Positions 1 to 9,800 are shown, counted from the first letter of the stretch. The stretch is 43,087 bases of DNA from an uncultured Phenylobacterium sp. (GCA_966434565.1 CBJNAS010000001.1:1-43087); one strand, 5' to 3'. Made by a program: numbers and translations. Notes: generated by a model not told the origin, from the sequence alone.

Positions 1-689
1 TAGGCCCAGACGCTGCCAGCGGTGATGCCGACGGTGAGGAAGATCCAGGAGGTCAGCACCCAAGGCCGGACCCAGCGCGCCCAGCTCGCGTCGACCCGTC
101 CGTCGATCAGGGCGGCGAGCGCGAAGGAGAAGGCCATGGAGAAGCCGACGTAGCCCAGATAGAGCACCGGCGGGTGGAAGATCAGCCCGGGATCCTGCAG
201 CACCGGATTGAGCTCGGCGCCGTCCGCCGGCGCCGGCCAGAGGCGCGTGAAGGGATTGGAGGTGAACAGCAGGAAGCCGATGAAGGCCGTGCCGACGAGC
301 GCCTGGACGGCGAGAACCCGCGCCTGCAGCGTCGGCCGCAGCCCGCCCCCGAACACCGCCACCGCCGCGCCGTAGACGGCGAGAATCGCCACCCACAGAA
401 GCATGGAGCCTTCGTGGCTGCCCCAGGTCGCACCCAGCCGGTAGAGAAGGGGCTGGGCGGCGTTCGAATGCTGGGCGACGAGGGCGACGGAGAAATCGTT
501 GCTGAGGAAACAGTCCGTAAGCGCTGCAAATCCGAGCAAAATGAAGAGCAGTTGAAGGTAAGCCGCTGTTCTGGCGAGTCCCACCAAGGCCGGTTCGACC
601 CTGGAGGCGCCGTAAAGACCGGCGCCGGCTTGGATGAGGGCGATGACGAGGGCCAGAATCAGTGAGAGCTGCCCAATTTCCGCTGTCAT
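1..689 (-). CDS. ccmF: Cytochrome c-type biogenesis heme lyase CcmF/NrfE family, 5' part (runs off the window edge)
   Basis: Not in the ORF track because it has no stop in the window. Manual translation from ATG at 689: MTAEIGQLSLILALVIAL...NDFSVALVAQHSN...WGSHEGSMLLW...FTSNPF...LNPVLQDPGLIFHPPVLYLGYVGFS...WARWVRPW...GITAGSVWAY. These are characteristic CcmF segments. GGAGG lies upstream. Confidence 0.93.
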   Translation of the reverse strand, partial: MTAEIGQLSLILALVIALIQAGAGLYGASRVEPALVGLARTAAYLQLLFILLGFAALTDCFLSNDFSVALVAQHSNAAQPLLYRLGATWGSHEGSMLLWVAILAVYGAAVAVFGGGLRPTLQARVLAVQALVGTAFIGFLLFTSNPFTRLWPAPADGAELNPVLQDPGLIFHPPVLYLGYVGFSMAFSFALAALIDGRVDASWARWVRPWVLTSWIFLTVGITAGSVWA

Positions 690-815
690 CAGCCCCTGTT
701 CCTCCGTACTCTGCTTCGCAGCTTAGCGACTTGTCTGCTTCCGTCGACGAGGAAATTGACGCCGCACCGAAGGTGGCGCCTATTGGGCTGAACTAGCGGC
801 GCGTGCGGGGGGCGT

Positions 816-3266
816 ATGGCGCATCGATATCGTGTCGCGATCGTCGGCGCGGGGCCTGCCGGCCTCAGCGCGGCCGCGCACGCCGCCAAGATCGGGGTGG
901 ACCACATCCTGATCGACCGGGCGCCGCAGATCGCCGACACGATCTTCCACTACCAGCGCGGCAAGCACATCATGGACACGCCGGCGCGGCTGCGCCTGCG
1001 GTCCGATCTGGACTTCTCCGCCACCAGCCGCGAAGCCCTGCTGGAGCTCTGGGACGAGCAGACCTCGGCCCTGAACGTGCAGGTCCGCCTGGGCGCCGAG
1101 CTGAAGTCCGTCACCGGCGCCCGGGGCGACTTCACCCTGCACCTGGCCGACGGGGACACCGTCCTGGCCGAGGCGGTGGTGCTGGCGATCGGCACCCAGG
1201 GCAACCCGAACCTGCTGCGCTGCGAAGGCGGCGACCTGCCCTTCGTCCAGTACCAGCTGGACGATCCCGAAGCCTATATCGACGAGCACATCCTGGTGGT
1301 CGGCGGCGGCGACGCAGGGATCGAGAACGCGCTCGGCTTGGCGGCGGACGCCGCGCAGGGCAACCGCGTGACCCTCAGCAACCGCTCGGCGGAGCTGTCC
1401 AAGGCGAAGGACGCCAATGTCCAGGCCCTGCTCGCCGCGCGCGACGAGGGCCGCGTCTCGGTGGTGATGCCCGCCGTGCCGGCGCGGGTGGAGAAAGGCT
1501 GGGTGACCCTGAGCACCGCCGAGGGGGACCTGCGCCTCCCCTGCGACCGCGTCATCGCGCGCCTCGGCTCCTCGCCGCCGCGGGCGTTCGTCAAGTCGCT
1601 GGGCCTGGGCTTCACCAGCGAGGCCAAGGACTCCTTCCCGGCGCTCACCTCCCAGTTCGAGTCGACGGTGCCAGGCATCTATGTGATCGGCGCGCTCGCC
1701 GGCTATCCCCTGATCAAGCACTGCATGAACCAGGGGCTGGACGTCGTCGAATACCTCATGGGCAACAGCCTGTGGAAGCCGGCCGACGAGGCGATGCTCG
1801 CCGAGAAGCTGCAGAGCCTCCCCGGCGACTATTCGGTGAGCGACTGGCTGGAGTTCCTGCGCGACAGCGTTGCGATCCTCAATCCGCTCTCGACGCTCCA
1901 GATGCGCGAGTTCCTGCTGGATTCTGAGGTGCGGGCCTACCGGCCGGGCGAAGTGGTCTTCCGCCGCAACGACGTCGGCTCGTCGCTGTTCGGCATCGCC
2001 TCGGGCAAGGTGCTGATCGAGGTCGATTTGCGCGATCCCAATGTCACCGCGCCGATCGGCGCCGGCTCCATCTTCGGCGAGGTGGGGCTGATCTCCGGGC
2101 GGCCGCGGGGCGCGACCGTGCGCGCCGCCGAGGATTGCATTCTGATCGAGGTCCCGAGGAATGCGGCGCTCAAGCTGATCTCCTCGGTGGAGGAGATCCG
2201 ACAAATCGTCGAGCGCACCACCACCGAGCGCGAGCTGCTGCAGATCTTCAGCTCCGGCCTGACGCGGGACGACATCGCCGAGCTCCTGTCGCGCGCGGAG
2301 GTGCTGGAGGTCGCGCCGGACGAAGCGGTGGTCCGCGAGGGCGAGACCAGCCGCGACATGTACGTGGTGCTCTCGGGCAGCATGGTGGTGGAGCGCGAGA
2401 TCGCCCGCCGCCCGGTGTTCCTGTCCTACATTCCGGCGGGCTCCTACTTCGGCGAAATGGCGCTCTTCGAGCGCTCGCCCCGGACCGCAACCGTGCGCGC
2501 GGCGATCCGCTCCAAGGTGATCCGACTGGACGGCCAGGCCTTCGACCTCCTGCTCAACCGAAAGCCCGAGCTGGTGGCTAAGTTGCGCGAGGACATGGCC
2601 TCGCGGCGCGAGCTCAACGCCTACATCGAGCAGAAGAAAGAGAGCTTCAGCGACGTCGTGGAGATGTACTCTTTGGTGAGCCGCTTCCTCGTCGAACAGG
2701 GGCTGGGCGAGGCCACCGACGTCCTGCTGATCGACGAGAGCCTCTGCATCGGCTGCGACAACTGCGAAAAGGCCTGCGCCGACGCCCACGACGGCCTGTC
2801 GCGGCTGAACCGCGAGGCCGGGCGCACCTACGACGACCTGCACGTGCCGACCTCCTGCCGGCACTGCGAGCACCCCTACTGCATGACCGACTGCCCGCCG
2901 AACGCGATCCGCCGCGGGCCGGACGGCGAGGTTTTCATCGACGACACGTGTATCGGCTGCGGCAACTGCCAGCGCGCCTGCCCCTATGGCGTGATCCGCA
3001 TGGACGCGCCGCCGCCGCGCAAGCCCCCGCTGTGGTCCTGGCTGCTGTTCGGCCGCGGCCCCGGGCCCGGCGAGCCGGATAGCGGCTGGAAGAAGCGGGC
3101 CTACGCCAAGGGCGAAGCGCCGCACAACAAGGCGATCAAGTGCGACATGTGCGCGGGCAAGGCGGGCGGGCCCGCCTGCGTACGCGCCTGCCCAACCGGC
3201 GCGGCGGTCCGCGCCTCGCCGGAGGACTTCCTGTCAGTCACCCTTATGAACCGCGACCGGGGCTGA
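816..3266 (+). CDS. Multidomain flavo-iron-sulfur protein: TrxB/FNR-like FAD/NAD(P)H oxidoreductase + two cNMP-binding domains + 4x[4Fe-4S] ferredoxin
   Basis: GAGPAG and GGGDAG Rossmann motifs. Two phosphate-binding cassettes (FGEVGLISGRPRGATVRA, FGEMALFERSPRTATVRA). Four Cys groups: CIGCDNCEKAC, CRHCEHPYCMTDCP, CIGCGNCQRACP, CDMC...CVRACP. Confidence 0.92.
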   Translation: MAHRYRVAIVGAGPAGLSAAAHAAKIGVDHILIDRAPQIADTIFHYQRGKHIMDTPARLRLRSDLDFSATSREALLELWDEQTSALNVQVRLGAELKSVTGARGDFTLHLADGDTVLAEAVVLAIGTQGNPNLLRCEGGDLPFVQYQLDDPEAYIDEHILVVGGGDAGIENALGLAADAAQGNRVTLSNRSAELSKAKDANVQALLAARDEGRVSVVMPAVPARVEKGWVTLSTAEGDLRLPCDRVIARLGSSPPRAFVKSLGLGFTSEAKDSFPALTSQFESTVPGIYVIGALAGYPLIKHCMNQGLDVVEYLMGNSLWKPADEAMLAEKLQSLPGDYSVSDWLEFLRDSVAILNPLSTLQMREFLLDSEVRAYRPGEVVFRRNDVGSSLFGIASGKVLIEVDLRDPNVTAPIGAGSIFGEVGLISGRPRGATVRAAEDCILIEVPRNAALKLISSVEEIRQIVERTTTERELLQIFSSGLTRDDIAELLSRAEVLEVAPDEAVVREGETSRDMYVVLSGSMVVEREIARRPVFLSYIPAGSYFGEMALFERSPRTATVRAAIRSKVIRLDGQAFDLLLNRKPELVAKLREDMASRRELNAYIEQKKESFSDVVEMYSLVSRFLVEQGLGEATDVLLIDESLCIGCDNCEKACADAHDGLSRLNREAGRTYDDLHVPTSCRHCEHPYCMTDCPPNAIRRGPDGEVFIDDTCIGCGNCQRACPYGVIRMDAPPPRKPPLWSWLLFGRGPGPGEPDSGWKKRAYAKGEAPHNKAIKCDMCAGKAGGPACVRACPTGAAVRASPEDFLSVTLMNRDRG

Positions 3267-3267
3267 G

Positions 3268-4128
3268 ATGAGAGCAGGGGCCCGGACCGAGCGGTTCCGC
3301 CATGAAGGCTTTCTGCGGCACCGCAACGGCCGCTGGCTCTGGATCGCCCTCGCCCTCTGCGTCGCCGCGGCGGGCGTCTATGCGATCGCCGATTTCCGGC
3401 CGCAGCCGCGCGGCGACACCTGGTACGGCTACGCCACCGGCGTCCTGGGCGCGGCGATCATCGTCTGGCTGGCGCTGCTGGGCCTGCGCAAGCGGGTGAT
3501 CACCGACGGGCGCTGGTCGCTGAAGGCCTGGGTCTCGGCCCACGTCTATCTCGGGCTGGCCCTGGTGGTGATCGCGACCCTGCACACCGGGCTGCATCTC
3601 GGATGGAACGTCCACACCCTGGTCTATGTGCTGATGATGCTGGTGATCGGCTCCGGCGTGGTGGGCGTGGTCGCCTACGCCCGCCTGCCGCGCCTGCTCA
3701 GCGCCAATCGCGGCGAGACCACCCAGAGCCAGTGGCTGGTGATGCTGAAGTCGATCGACGAGCGGCTGCTGGACGCGGCCCAGCCACTCGACCGCGCGGG
3801 GGCCCAGACGGTGCGCCTGGCCGTCGAGCAGACGGTGATCGCGGGTGGCTTGTGGCAGCGCCTCTCCGGTCAGGTGGAGGGCTGCGCCACCGCCCGCGCG
3901 CTGGCGCAGATCGAGCAGCTGCGGGGCGGCGGTGACGAGAAGCGGGCGGCCGCTCTCACACAGGTGGCCGCACTGCTCGCGCGCAAGCAGGAGGTGCTCG
4001 CCAAGGTGCGTCAGCACATCCGCCTGCGCACCACGCTTGAGCTGTGGCTGTACGTCCACGTCCCCGCCACCTTCGCGCTCCTTGCGGCGCTGACGGCCCA
4101 CATCGTCAGCGTTTTCTTCTACTGGTAG
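3268..4128 (+). CDS. Integral membrane protein, probable di-heme b (ferric-reductase-like) electron carrier
   Basis: About 5 hydrophobic helices and two H-X13-H pairs (HVYLGLALVVIATLH, HVPATFALLAALTAH). Starts 1 nt after the upstream stop. Confidence 0.8.
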   Translation: MRAGARTERFRHEGFLRHRNGRWLWIALALCVAAAGVYAIADFRPQPRGDTWYGYATGVLGAAIIVWLALLGLRKRVITDGRWSLKAWVSAHVYLGLALVVIATLHTGLHLGWNVHTLVYVLMMLVIGSGVVGVVAYARLPRLLSANRGETTQSQWLVMLKSIDERLLDAAQPLDRAGAQTVRLAVEQTVIAGGLWQRLSGQVEGCATARALAQIEQLRGGGDEKRAAALTQVAALLARKQEVLAKVRQHIRLRTTLELWLYVHVPATFALLAALTAHIVSVFFYW

Positions 4129-4136
4129 AGGCGCGC

Positions 4137-6035
4137 GTGGCCTTTCTCGTCCGGACCATCACCCGCAGGGCAGGAGGCGGCGCGATCGTGCGGCCGCGCA
4201 CATTCGAGGCCGACGAGCTGCGGATCGGCCGGGGCGCAGATTGCGATATCCGCCTGCCAGACCTGGCGGTCAGCCTGAATCACGCCGTGATCCGACGGGA
4301 GGCGTCCGGGCGGGTCACCGTCGCGGCGGTGGAGGAGGACGGCTTCGACGCCGACGGCGTCTTCACGCGCGAGGCGAGGCTGGACCTCGCATCGCCCCAC
4401 ACCCTGACCTTCGGCAGCCATGTCCTGACCGTCGCGGCCGCGCACGGCGGCGACGTCGCCATCGAGGTGGTGCGCAAACAGGCGGACGCTGCGCCGCAGG
4501 ACGTGGCGGAGGCGCGGTCGTTCACCCTCGCCTCGACCTGGCTGGACAAGCGGCGCACGGCCTGGGCGCTCGCAGTGGCGATCCTGCTGGTCGGCCTGCT
4601 GCTGCCCGCGGGCCTGTATTACCTCGGCCAGCCGCGCATCCACCTGGACCAGCAATGGTCGACCGGACGGCTATCGGAGGCGCATGCCTTCCTGAAGGGC
4701 GATTGCACGGCCTGCCACCGGCACGCCTTCGTCGCCGTCGAGGACCACGCCTGCCTGAGCTGCCACGGCCCGGCGCGGAGCCAGGCGCCGATGCTGCGCG
4801 CCGCAGCCGAGATCCGCGCCTGGGGAGGACCGGCCAAGGTGGCCGTGGCCCCGGACCATGCGGACCCGCGCCGCCTCGCCGACGCCATACCGCCGCCGCA
4901 AGACCACGGACGCAAGATCACCGCGGCCTTCGAGCAGGCCTTCCACCATCCAAACGACCGCTGCGCGAGCTGCCACTTCGAGCACCTCGGCGCGCGTCCG
5001 ACGACCGGCGAAGCCGGGGCGCTCGCGCCGGGCGCGCCCGCGGTGGTGATCGCCCACAGCTGCGTCGAATGCCACTCCAGTCTGCGCAGCCGCCTGTCTG
5101 ACACGGCGCTGCGCGACGCGCCCGACTGGCGCCACCACCCCGAGTTCAAGGCGCAGGTCGCTCAACCGCCGACGGGCGGGACCATCGTCGCGCAGCGCAT
5201 CTCCCTGACCGAACGGCCGGTGGAGTACACCGGCCTGACCTTCTCGCATCAGATACACCTGGATGTCGCCGGCGGCGTCGCCCGCATGGCCCGTGACCTG
5301 CACATCGCGCCCCGCGCGCTGCCCTGCGCGGCGTGCCACCATTCGAATGACGGCGGCCGGACCTTTGCGCCGGTGCGCATGGAGCGCGACTGCGCGGCCT
5401 GCCACTCGCTGGCCTTCGGCCAGCAGCCCGGCGGCCAGCCTCTGACCCTGCCGCATGGCGATCCCTTGGCGGCGGCGCGCGTGCTGCGCGCCTACTACAG
5501 CCACGGCGGGGCGCAGCTCGGTTTGGGGGAGTCCACGCGCCGCGCGCCCGGCTTTCTGATCACGGACCGCTCGTCCGGCAGCGGCGGCATGGCGTCCGCG
5601 GCGCGCGTCGCCGCGGTGCTGGGGCGGGGCGGGATCTGCAGCGAGTGCCACGTGGTCGGCATGATCCAGGATCGGGCGACGCTCGCTTTCACCGTCGCGC
5701 CGACGCGCCTGACGCGGCGCTATCTGCCGCTCGGCGGCTTCGACCACAGCGTTCGCGCCCACCGGCTGGACGCCTATGGCCGCCCGACCTGCGAGACCTG
5801 CCACAAGGCCGAGGCGTCCGGCAGCGCCTCGGACGTCATGATCCCCCGGGTGTTCCAGTGCGCCCAGTGCCACGGACGCTCGAAGGCGACGAGCCTGACG
5901 CCGGCCTCGGCCGATTGCGCCGAGTGCCACGCCTTCCACGCGCCCGGCGCGCCGGGCCGCCGCGACCCGGCCGCGGCCAAGGCTGGCGAAACGGCTGCGA
6001 TGCCGTCATCATGGTCCGGTGGGGGCGCGGGCTGA
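4137..6035 (+). CDS. FHA-domain, membrane-anchored decaheme cytochrome c
   Basis: GTG at 4137, 8 nt after the upstream stop, is preferred to the track start at 4044. FHA-like IGRGADCDIRLPDLAVSLNHA, one TM helix (WALAVAILLVGLLLPAGLYYLG), then 10 CXXCH motifs. Confidence 0.88.
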   Translation: MAFLVRTITRRAGGGAIVRPRTFEADELRIGRGADCDIRLPDLAVSLNHAVIRREASGRVTVAAVEEDGFDADGVFTREARLDLASPHTLTFGSHVLTVAAAHGGDVAIEVVRKQADAAPQDVAEARSFTLASTWLDKRRTAWALAVAILLVGLLLPAGLYYLGQPRIHLDQQWSTGRLSEAHAFLKGDCTACHRHAFVAVEDHACLSCHGPARSQAPMLRAAAEIRAWGGPAKVAVAPDHADPRRLADAIPPPQDHGRKITAAFEQAFHHPNDRCASCHFEHLGARPTTGEAGALAPGAPAVVIAHSCVECHSSLRSRLSDTALRDAPDWRHHPEFKAQVAQPPTGGTIVAQRISLTERPVEYTGLTFSHQIHLDVAGGVARMARDLHIAPRALPCAACHHSNDGGRTFAPVRMERDCAACHSLAFGQQPGGQPLTLPHGDPLAAARVLRAYYSHGGAQLGLGESTRRAPGFLITDRSSGSGGMASAARVAAVLGRGGICSECHVVGMIQDRATLAFTVAPTRLTRRYLPLGGFDHSVRAHRLDAYGRPTCETCHKAEASGSASDVMIPRVFQCAQCHGRSKATSLTPASADCAECHAFHAPGAPGRRDPAAAKAGETAAMPSSWSGGGAG

Positions 6036-6062
6036 CGCCGTTCGCCACAGAGTACGGACACC

Positions 6063-6896
6063 TTGATCAGGACCATCGCCCAGATCACCGACCTGCACAT
6101 CACCACCGAGCAGGATCCGGTGAACGCCGCGCGCAACCGCGCTCGCCTAGAGGCGACCCTCGCCGCCATCCATCGGCTGCGGCCGCTCCCCGAGGCGATC
6201 ATCGCGTCCGGCGATCTCGTCGACCGCGGCGGGCTCGCCGAGTACCAGGCGCTGCGCCCGCTGCTCGAAAGCTCGCGCATTCCGCTCCATATCGCGGTCG
6301 GCAACCACGACCGGCGAGCGCCCCTGCTGCAGGTGTTCGGGGCGCCCTGGCTGCAGGTCGACCCCGACGGGTTCGTGCAATATGTCGTCGAGGCGGGCGG
6401 GCTGCGCCTAGTGGTCTGCGACACGCTCGACGAAGGCCGCGAGGGGGCGGGCTTCTGTGAGCGGCGCGCCGCCTGGCTCGCGCGGACGCTGGACGAGGCC
6501 CCGCAGACGGCGGCGATCGTGATCATGCACCATCCGCCGATCCCGAGCGGCATCGGCTGGATGGACCCGCCTCCCAACGCGCCGTGGCTTGCCCGGCTCG
6601 CCGCGGTCCTGGCGCCGCGCCCGCAGGCGTTGACGCTCGCCAGCGGCCACGTCCACCGCGCCTTTCTGGGCGTATTCGCCAGCCGGCCGGCGGTGGTCTC
6701 GCCCGCCACCGCGGTCCAGCTCACCCTCGACCAGACGCCGCTGGACCCGAAGGCGCCGGACGGGCGCGAGCTGCTGACCGAGGAGCCGCCGGGCTTCGCC
6801 CTGCACAATTGGGACGGCCACCAGCTCGTCACCCATTTCTGCCCGGCGGGAGACTACGCGCCGGCGGTGCGGTTCACCTTCCCGCTGAACGCCTGA
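6063..6896 (+). CDS. Metallophosphoesterase, CpdA/Icc-like 3',5'-cyclic-nucleotide phosphodiesterase
   Basis: Motifs QITDLH, SGDLVD, GNHD, MHHPP, GHVH. No signal peptide. Confidence 0.85.
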   Translation: MIRTIAQITDLHITTEQDPVNAARNRARLEATLAAIHRLRPLPEAIIASGDLVDRGGLAEYQALRPLLESSRIPLHIAVGNHDRRAPLLQVFGAPWLQVDPDGFVQYVVEAGGLRLVVCDTLDEGREGAGFCERRAAWLARTLDEAPQTAAIVIMHHPPIPSGIGWMDPPPNAPWLARLAAVLAPRPQALTLASGHVHRAFLGVFASRPAVVSPATAVQLTLDQTPLDPKAPDGRELLTEEPPGFALHNWDGHQLVTHFCPAGDYAPAVRFTFPLNA

Positions 6897-9800
6897 CCGA
6901 GGGCGCTGGGCCCGGCAGAGGCGGGCCGGTCCAGCTGTCCGGATCTGGTAGGTCGGTCACGGCGTAGAGCCGACCGGCGGAATCCAGGAACAGGTGCTCC
7001 ATCTCCTGCCGGTTGAACGGCCGCGAGCCCTTGCGGCCGAAGATGGCGATCTGGTGCCCGGTCTCGTCCACCGCCCGGTCACGGTCGAGCCCCTTGGACA
7101 GCGCGAGCGCCGGTGAGGGCGTGCGCGCCCAGGCGATCAGCTGCGGCTTCGGCTCCGGTGAGAAGCCGTAGAAGTTGGGCTGGCTCTCCGGGCTGGTGAG
7201 CTGCAGCACCTTCAACCCGTTGCGGCCATCGGCGACATAGGCGAACAGCGAGGCGTTGGTGGAGCCCACGATTACGTCCTCGGCGTCGTCGAGCGCCCCG
7301 TTCAGGGTCACCTGCATGTAGCGTTGGGGATGTTCCGGCCGGGTGACGTTGAGAATGACGAGGCCGTCGGACTTGGCCGCCACATAGGCGTATGTGCGGG
7401 CCACATAGATCCGGCGCGCGTCGCGGATCGGATAACGCGCGCCCTCCACCAACTGCGGCCGGTCGAGACGCGTGACGTCCAGCACGTCAAGGCCGGCTGC
7501 GTCGGTGACGAACAGATAGCGGAACTGCAGGGCCGAGGCGCGTACGTCCGGCAGCGGCACGATGCTCGCCACCTTCGGCTTCAGCGGATCGTCGAGGTCG
7601 ACCACGACGAGACCGGCGTGGGCGGCGACATAGGCGAAATGGCCGCCCAGGGTGACGTGACGGGCGCCGTCGAGCACATGCGCCGGGTTCCAGGTCAGCG
7701 CGCGGCGCAGGTTGTTGTTGCGCGGGTCGCGGTCGGCCAGGGTGGTCACATCGACGAGGATGAGACCCTCTTCGGCGTCGGTCACCACGGCGTAGTTGTA
7801 GAGCGGGTGGAACGGCTGCTCGGCGTTCTCCAGCCGCATGGCCTCGGTGTTCCGCCGCGGATCGATCGGCTGGTTGGTGGGCAGGGCCATGCAGGTCGCG
7901 TTGCGCGAGGACACGTGCATGTTCTGGCCCAGCGGCGAAAACGGCCCGGTGAGGATCCGGTCCGAGACGCCCTTGTTGGCGATGCTGGCCACGTCGTAGA
8001 CGCGGAACCCATCCTTGCCGCCGGCGGCGAACATATACTCGCCGCGCAGCTGCAGGCAGCGGATCGCGTCCGGCGCGGCGTGGCTCACATTGCGGATGTC
8101 CTCGGTCTCGGGCTTGCCCTGCTTGCCGTGGAAGGTGTCGCCGCGCACCCAGTCGATCAGCTCCCGGTGGTTTCGCTCGACGTGCAGCTTGTAGTAATCG
8201 GGATAGGCGTAGCGATGCAGGTAGGAGCCGAAGACCGCCTGCGGCTCGCTCCATTCCGTGACGCGCACCGCCTCGAGGCCGCGCTCGAGGCCGACCCAGG
8301 CGTTCACGCCCACGAAATTCACGAAATTGGTCCCCAGCGTCAGCAGCTGGGCCATGATGGCGTTGTTGTCGTTGTCCGCCGAGACGTGGCAGTCCGAGCA
8401 GGTTTTAGTCTCGGTCTTGCGTACCGTGTGCGGGAAGTGCGGCGCGAACGCCTGGCTGGAGAAGCCGATGGCGGAGATCGGCGGCTGCTGGACGTAGATC
8501 CGCTCTCGGTTGGCGTTGGTCGACGACAGCACGAGCGCCGAGGACGACCGGACCGGCGCGATCTCGGCGCCCTTGGTCGTCATGTGCCGCCCGAGCTGGA
8601 ACATGTCGTCACGCGCGACCTGCGGGTTGTAGGTCGCGAAGTTGCGCGTCTCCTCGCCCTCGTACTTGTGCGCCGTCGTCTTCCAGTTGGACTCGATCGG
8701 CAGGTGGCACCCGCCGCAGGAGGTCATCCACGACGTGTGGCAGGTGAAGCAGGCCATCTCGCTGTCCTTGTGCGCGAGATCCTTTTCCGCGACGCCCGGT
8801 CCCCAGGCGAAGGGCCGGCCAGAGGCGTCGAGGCGGGCCATCAGCTTCGCCCGCGCGGCCTTCGGATTGAACTCCGGTCGGGCCGGGTCGACCGAGTCCT
8901 TCACGAGCGAGACCTGCCACTCCAGAGAGGAATCGGCGATCGAGCGCTGGATCAGGACGCGATAGCCGTTGCGCTCCTCCCACTCGAAGCGCGGCCGGCC
9001 GTCGGGATTGCGTAGCAGGGTGAGGTCCGTACCGCCGGGCGGCGCCGCGGGGCCGGAGGTCTTCAGCGTCGGATAGGCGCGCGCCGACCCGTGGCAATCC
9101 TTGCAGCCGATCTCCACCGCATTGGCGACCTCGCCGTAGATCAGGCCGCTGCCGTGGCTGTCGCGGGCGAAGTGGCAGTCGGCGCACTGCATACCCCTTT
9201 CGGCGTGGATGTCCATCAGCTGGACCGCCTTGCCGGGATTGACGCCCGGCGCGACGAACTTGCCTTCGCCGTTGCGCCGCCAGATCTCCGGATCGCCCGA
9301 CGGGATCACCTTGCCGTCGGCGTCCAGCAGCCGTCCCTCTCGGTCACGTTTGAAGATCGCGCGGAAATTCCAGCCGTGGCCGTGGTAGTCGGCGAACTGG
9401 GTGTCCTTCAGCTTCGGATTGAGGTCGTAGACGTTGCGCAGGAAGTCGAGGTCCGCCCACTTGCCGCGCGGCGAGGCGCCCTCGGGATTACGGTCCAGAA
9501 CCTTGCGGATTTCCTCGTCCGACGGATAGCGCTGCTGCTCCGGCCACATGAACGGCGCATCGGACTCGTAGTCCCACATGGTGTAGCCGAGATAGCTGTT
9601 CAGGAACATGTTCGGCTGGTGCATGTGGCAGTTCATGCACTGGGAGGTCGGTATGGCGCGCGTGAAGGCGTGCTCGATCGGATGGCCGGATTCGTGCTTG
9701 TCGATGGTGGGGTCCGCCGTCGCGCTCTGGCCGTCGCGGCCGTAGCGGGCGTAGACGAGGCTGTGCCGGGGCTCGCGGTCGTTGGCGTAGACCACATGGC

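Noticed and set aside
520-545. Apparent frameshift in ccmF suggested by the track ORF 182-529
   Set aside because: Re-reading the A-run at 538-541 shows the ccmF frame is continuous (LLFILLGFAALT).
756-786. Possible sigma70 promoter TTGACG...CCTATT before the flavoprotein gene
   Set aside because: The -35 is good but the -10 and spacing are weak. Not supportable without TSS data.
689-940. 83-aa minus-strand ORF whose TGA overlaps the ccmF ATG
   Set aside because: It overlaps the flavoprotein start on the opposite strand, has no motif and does not resemble CcmE.
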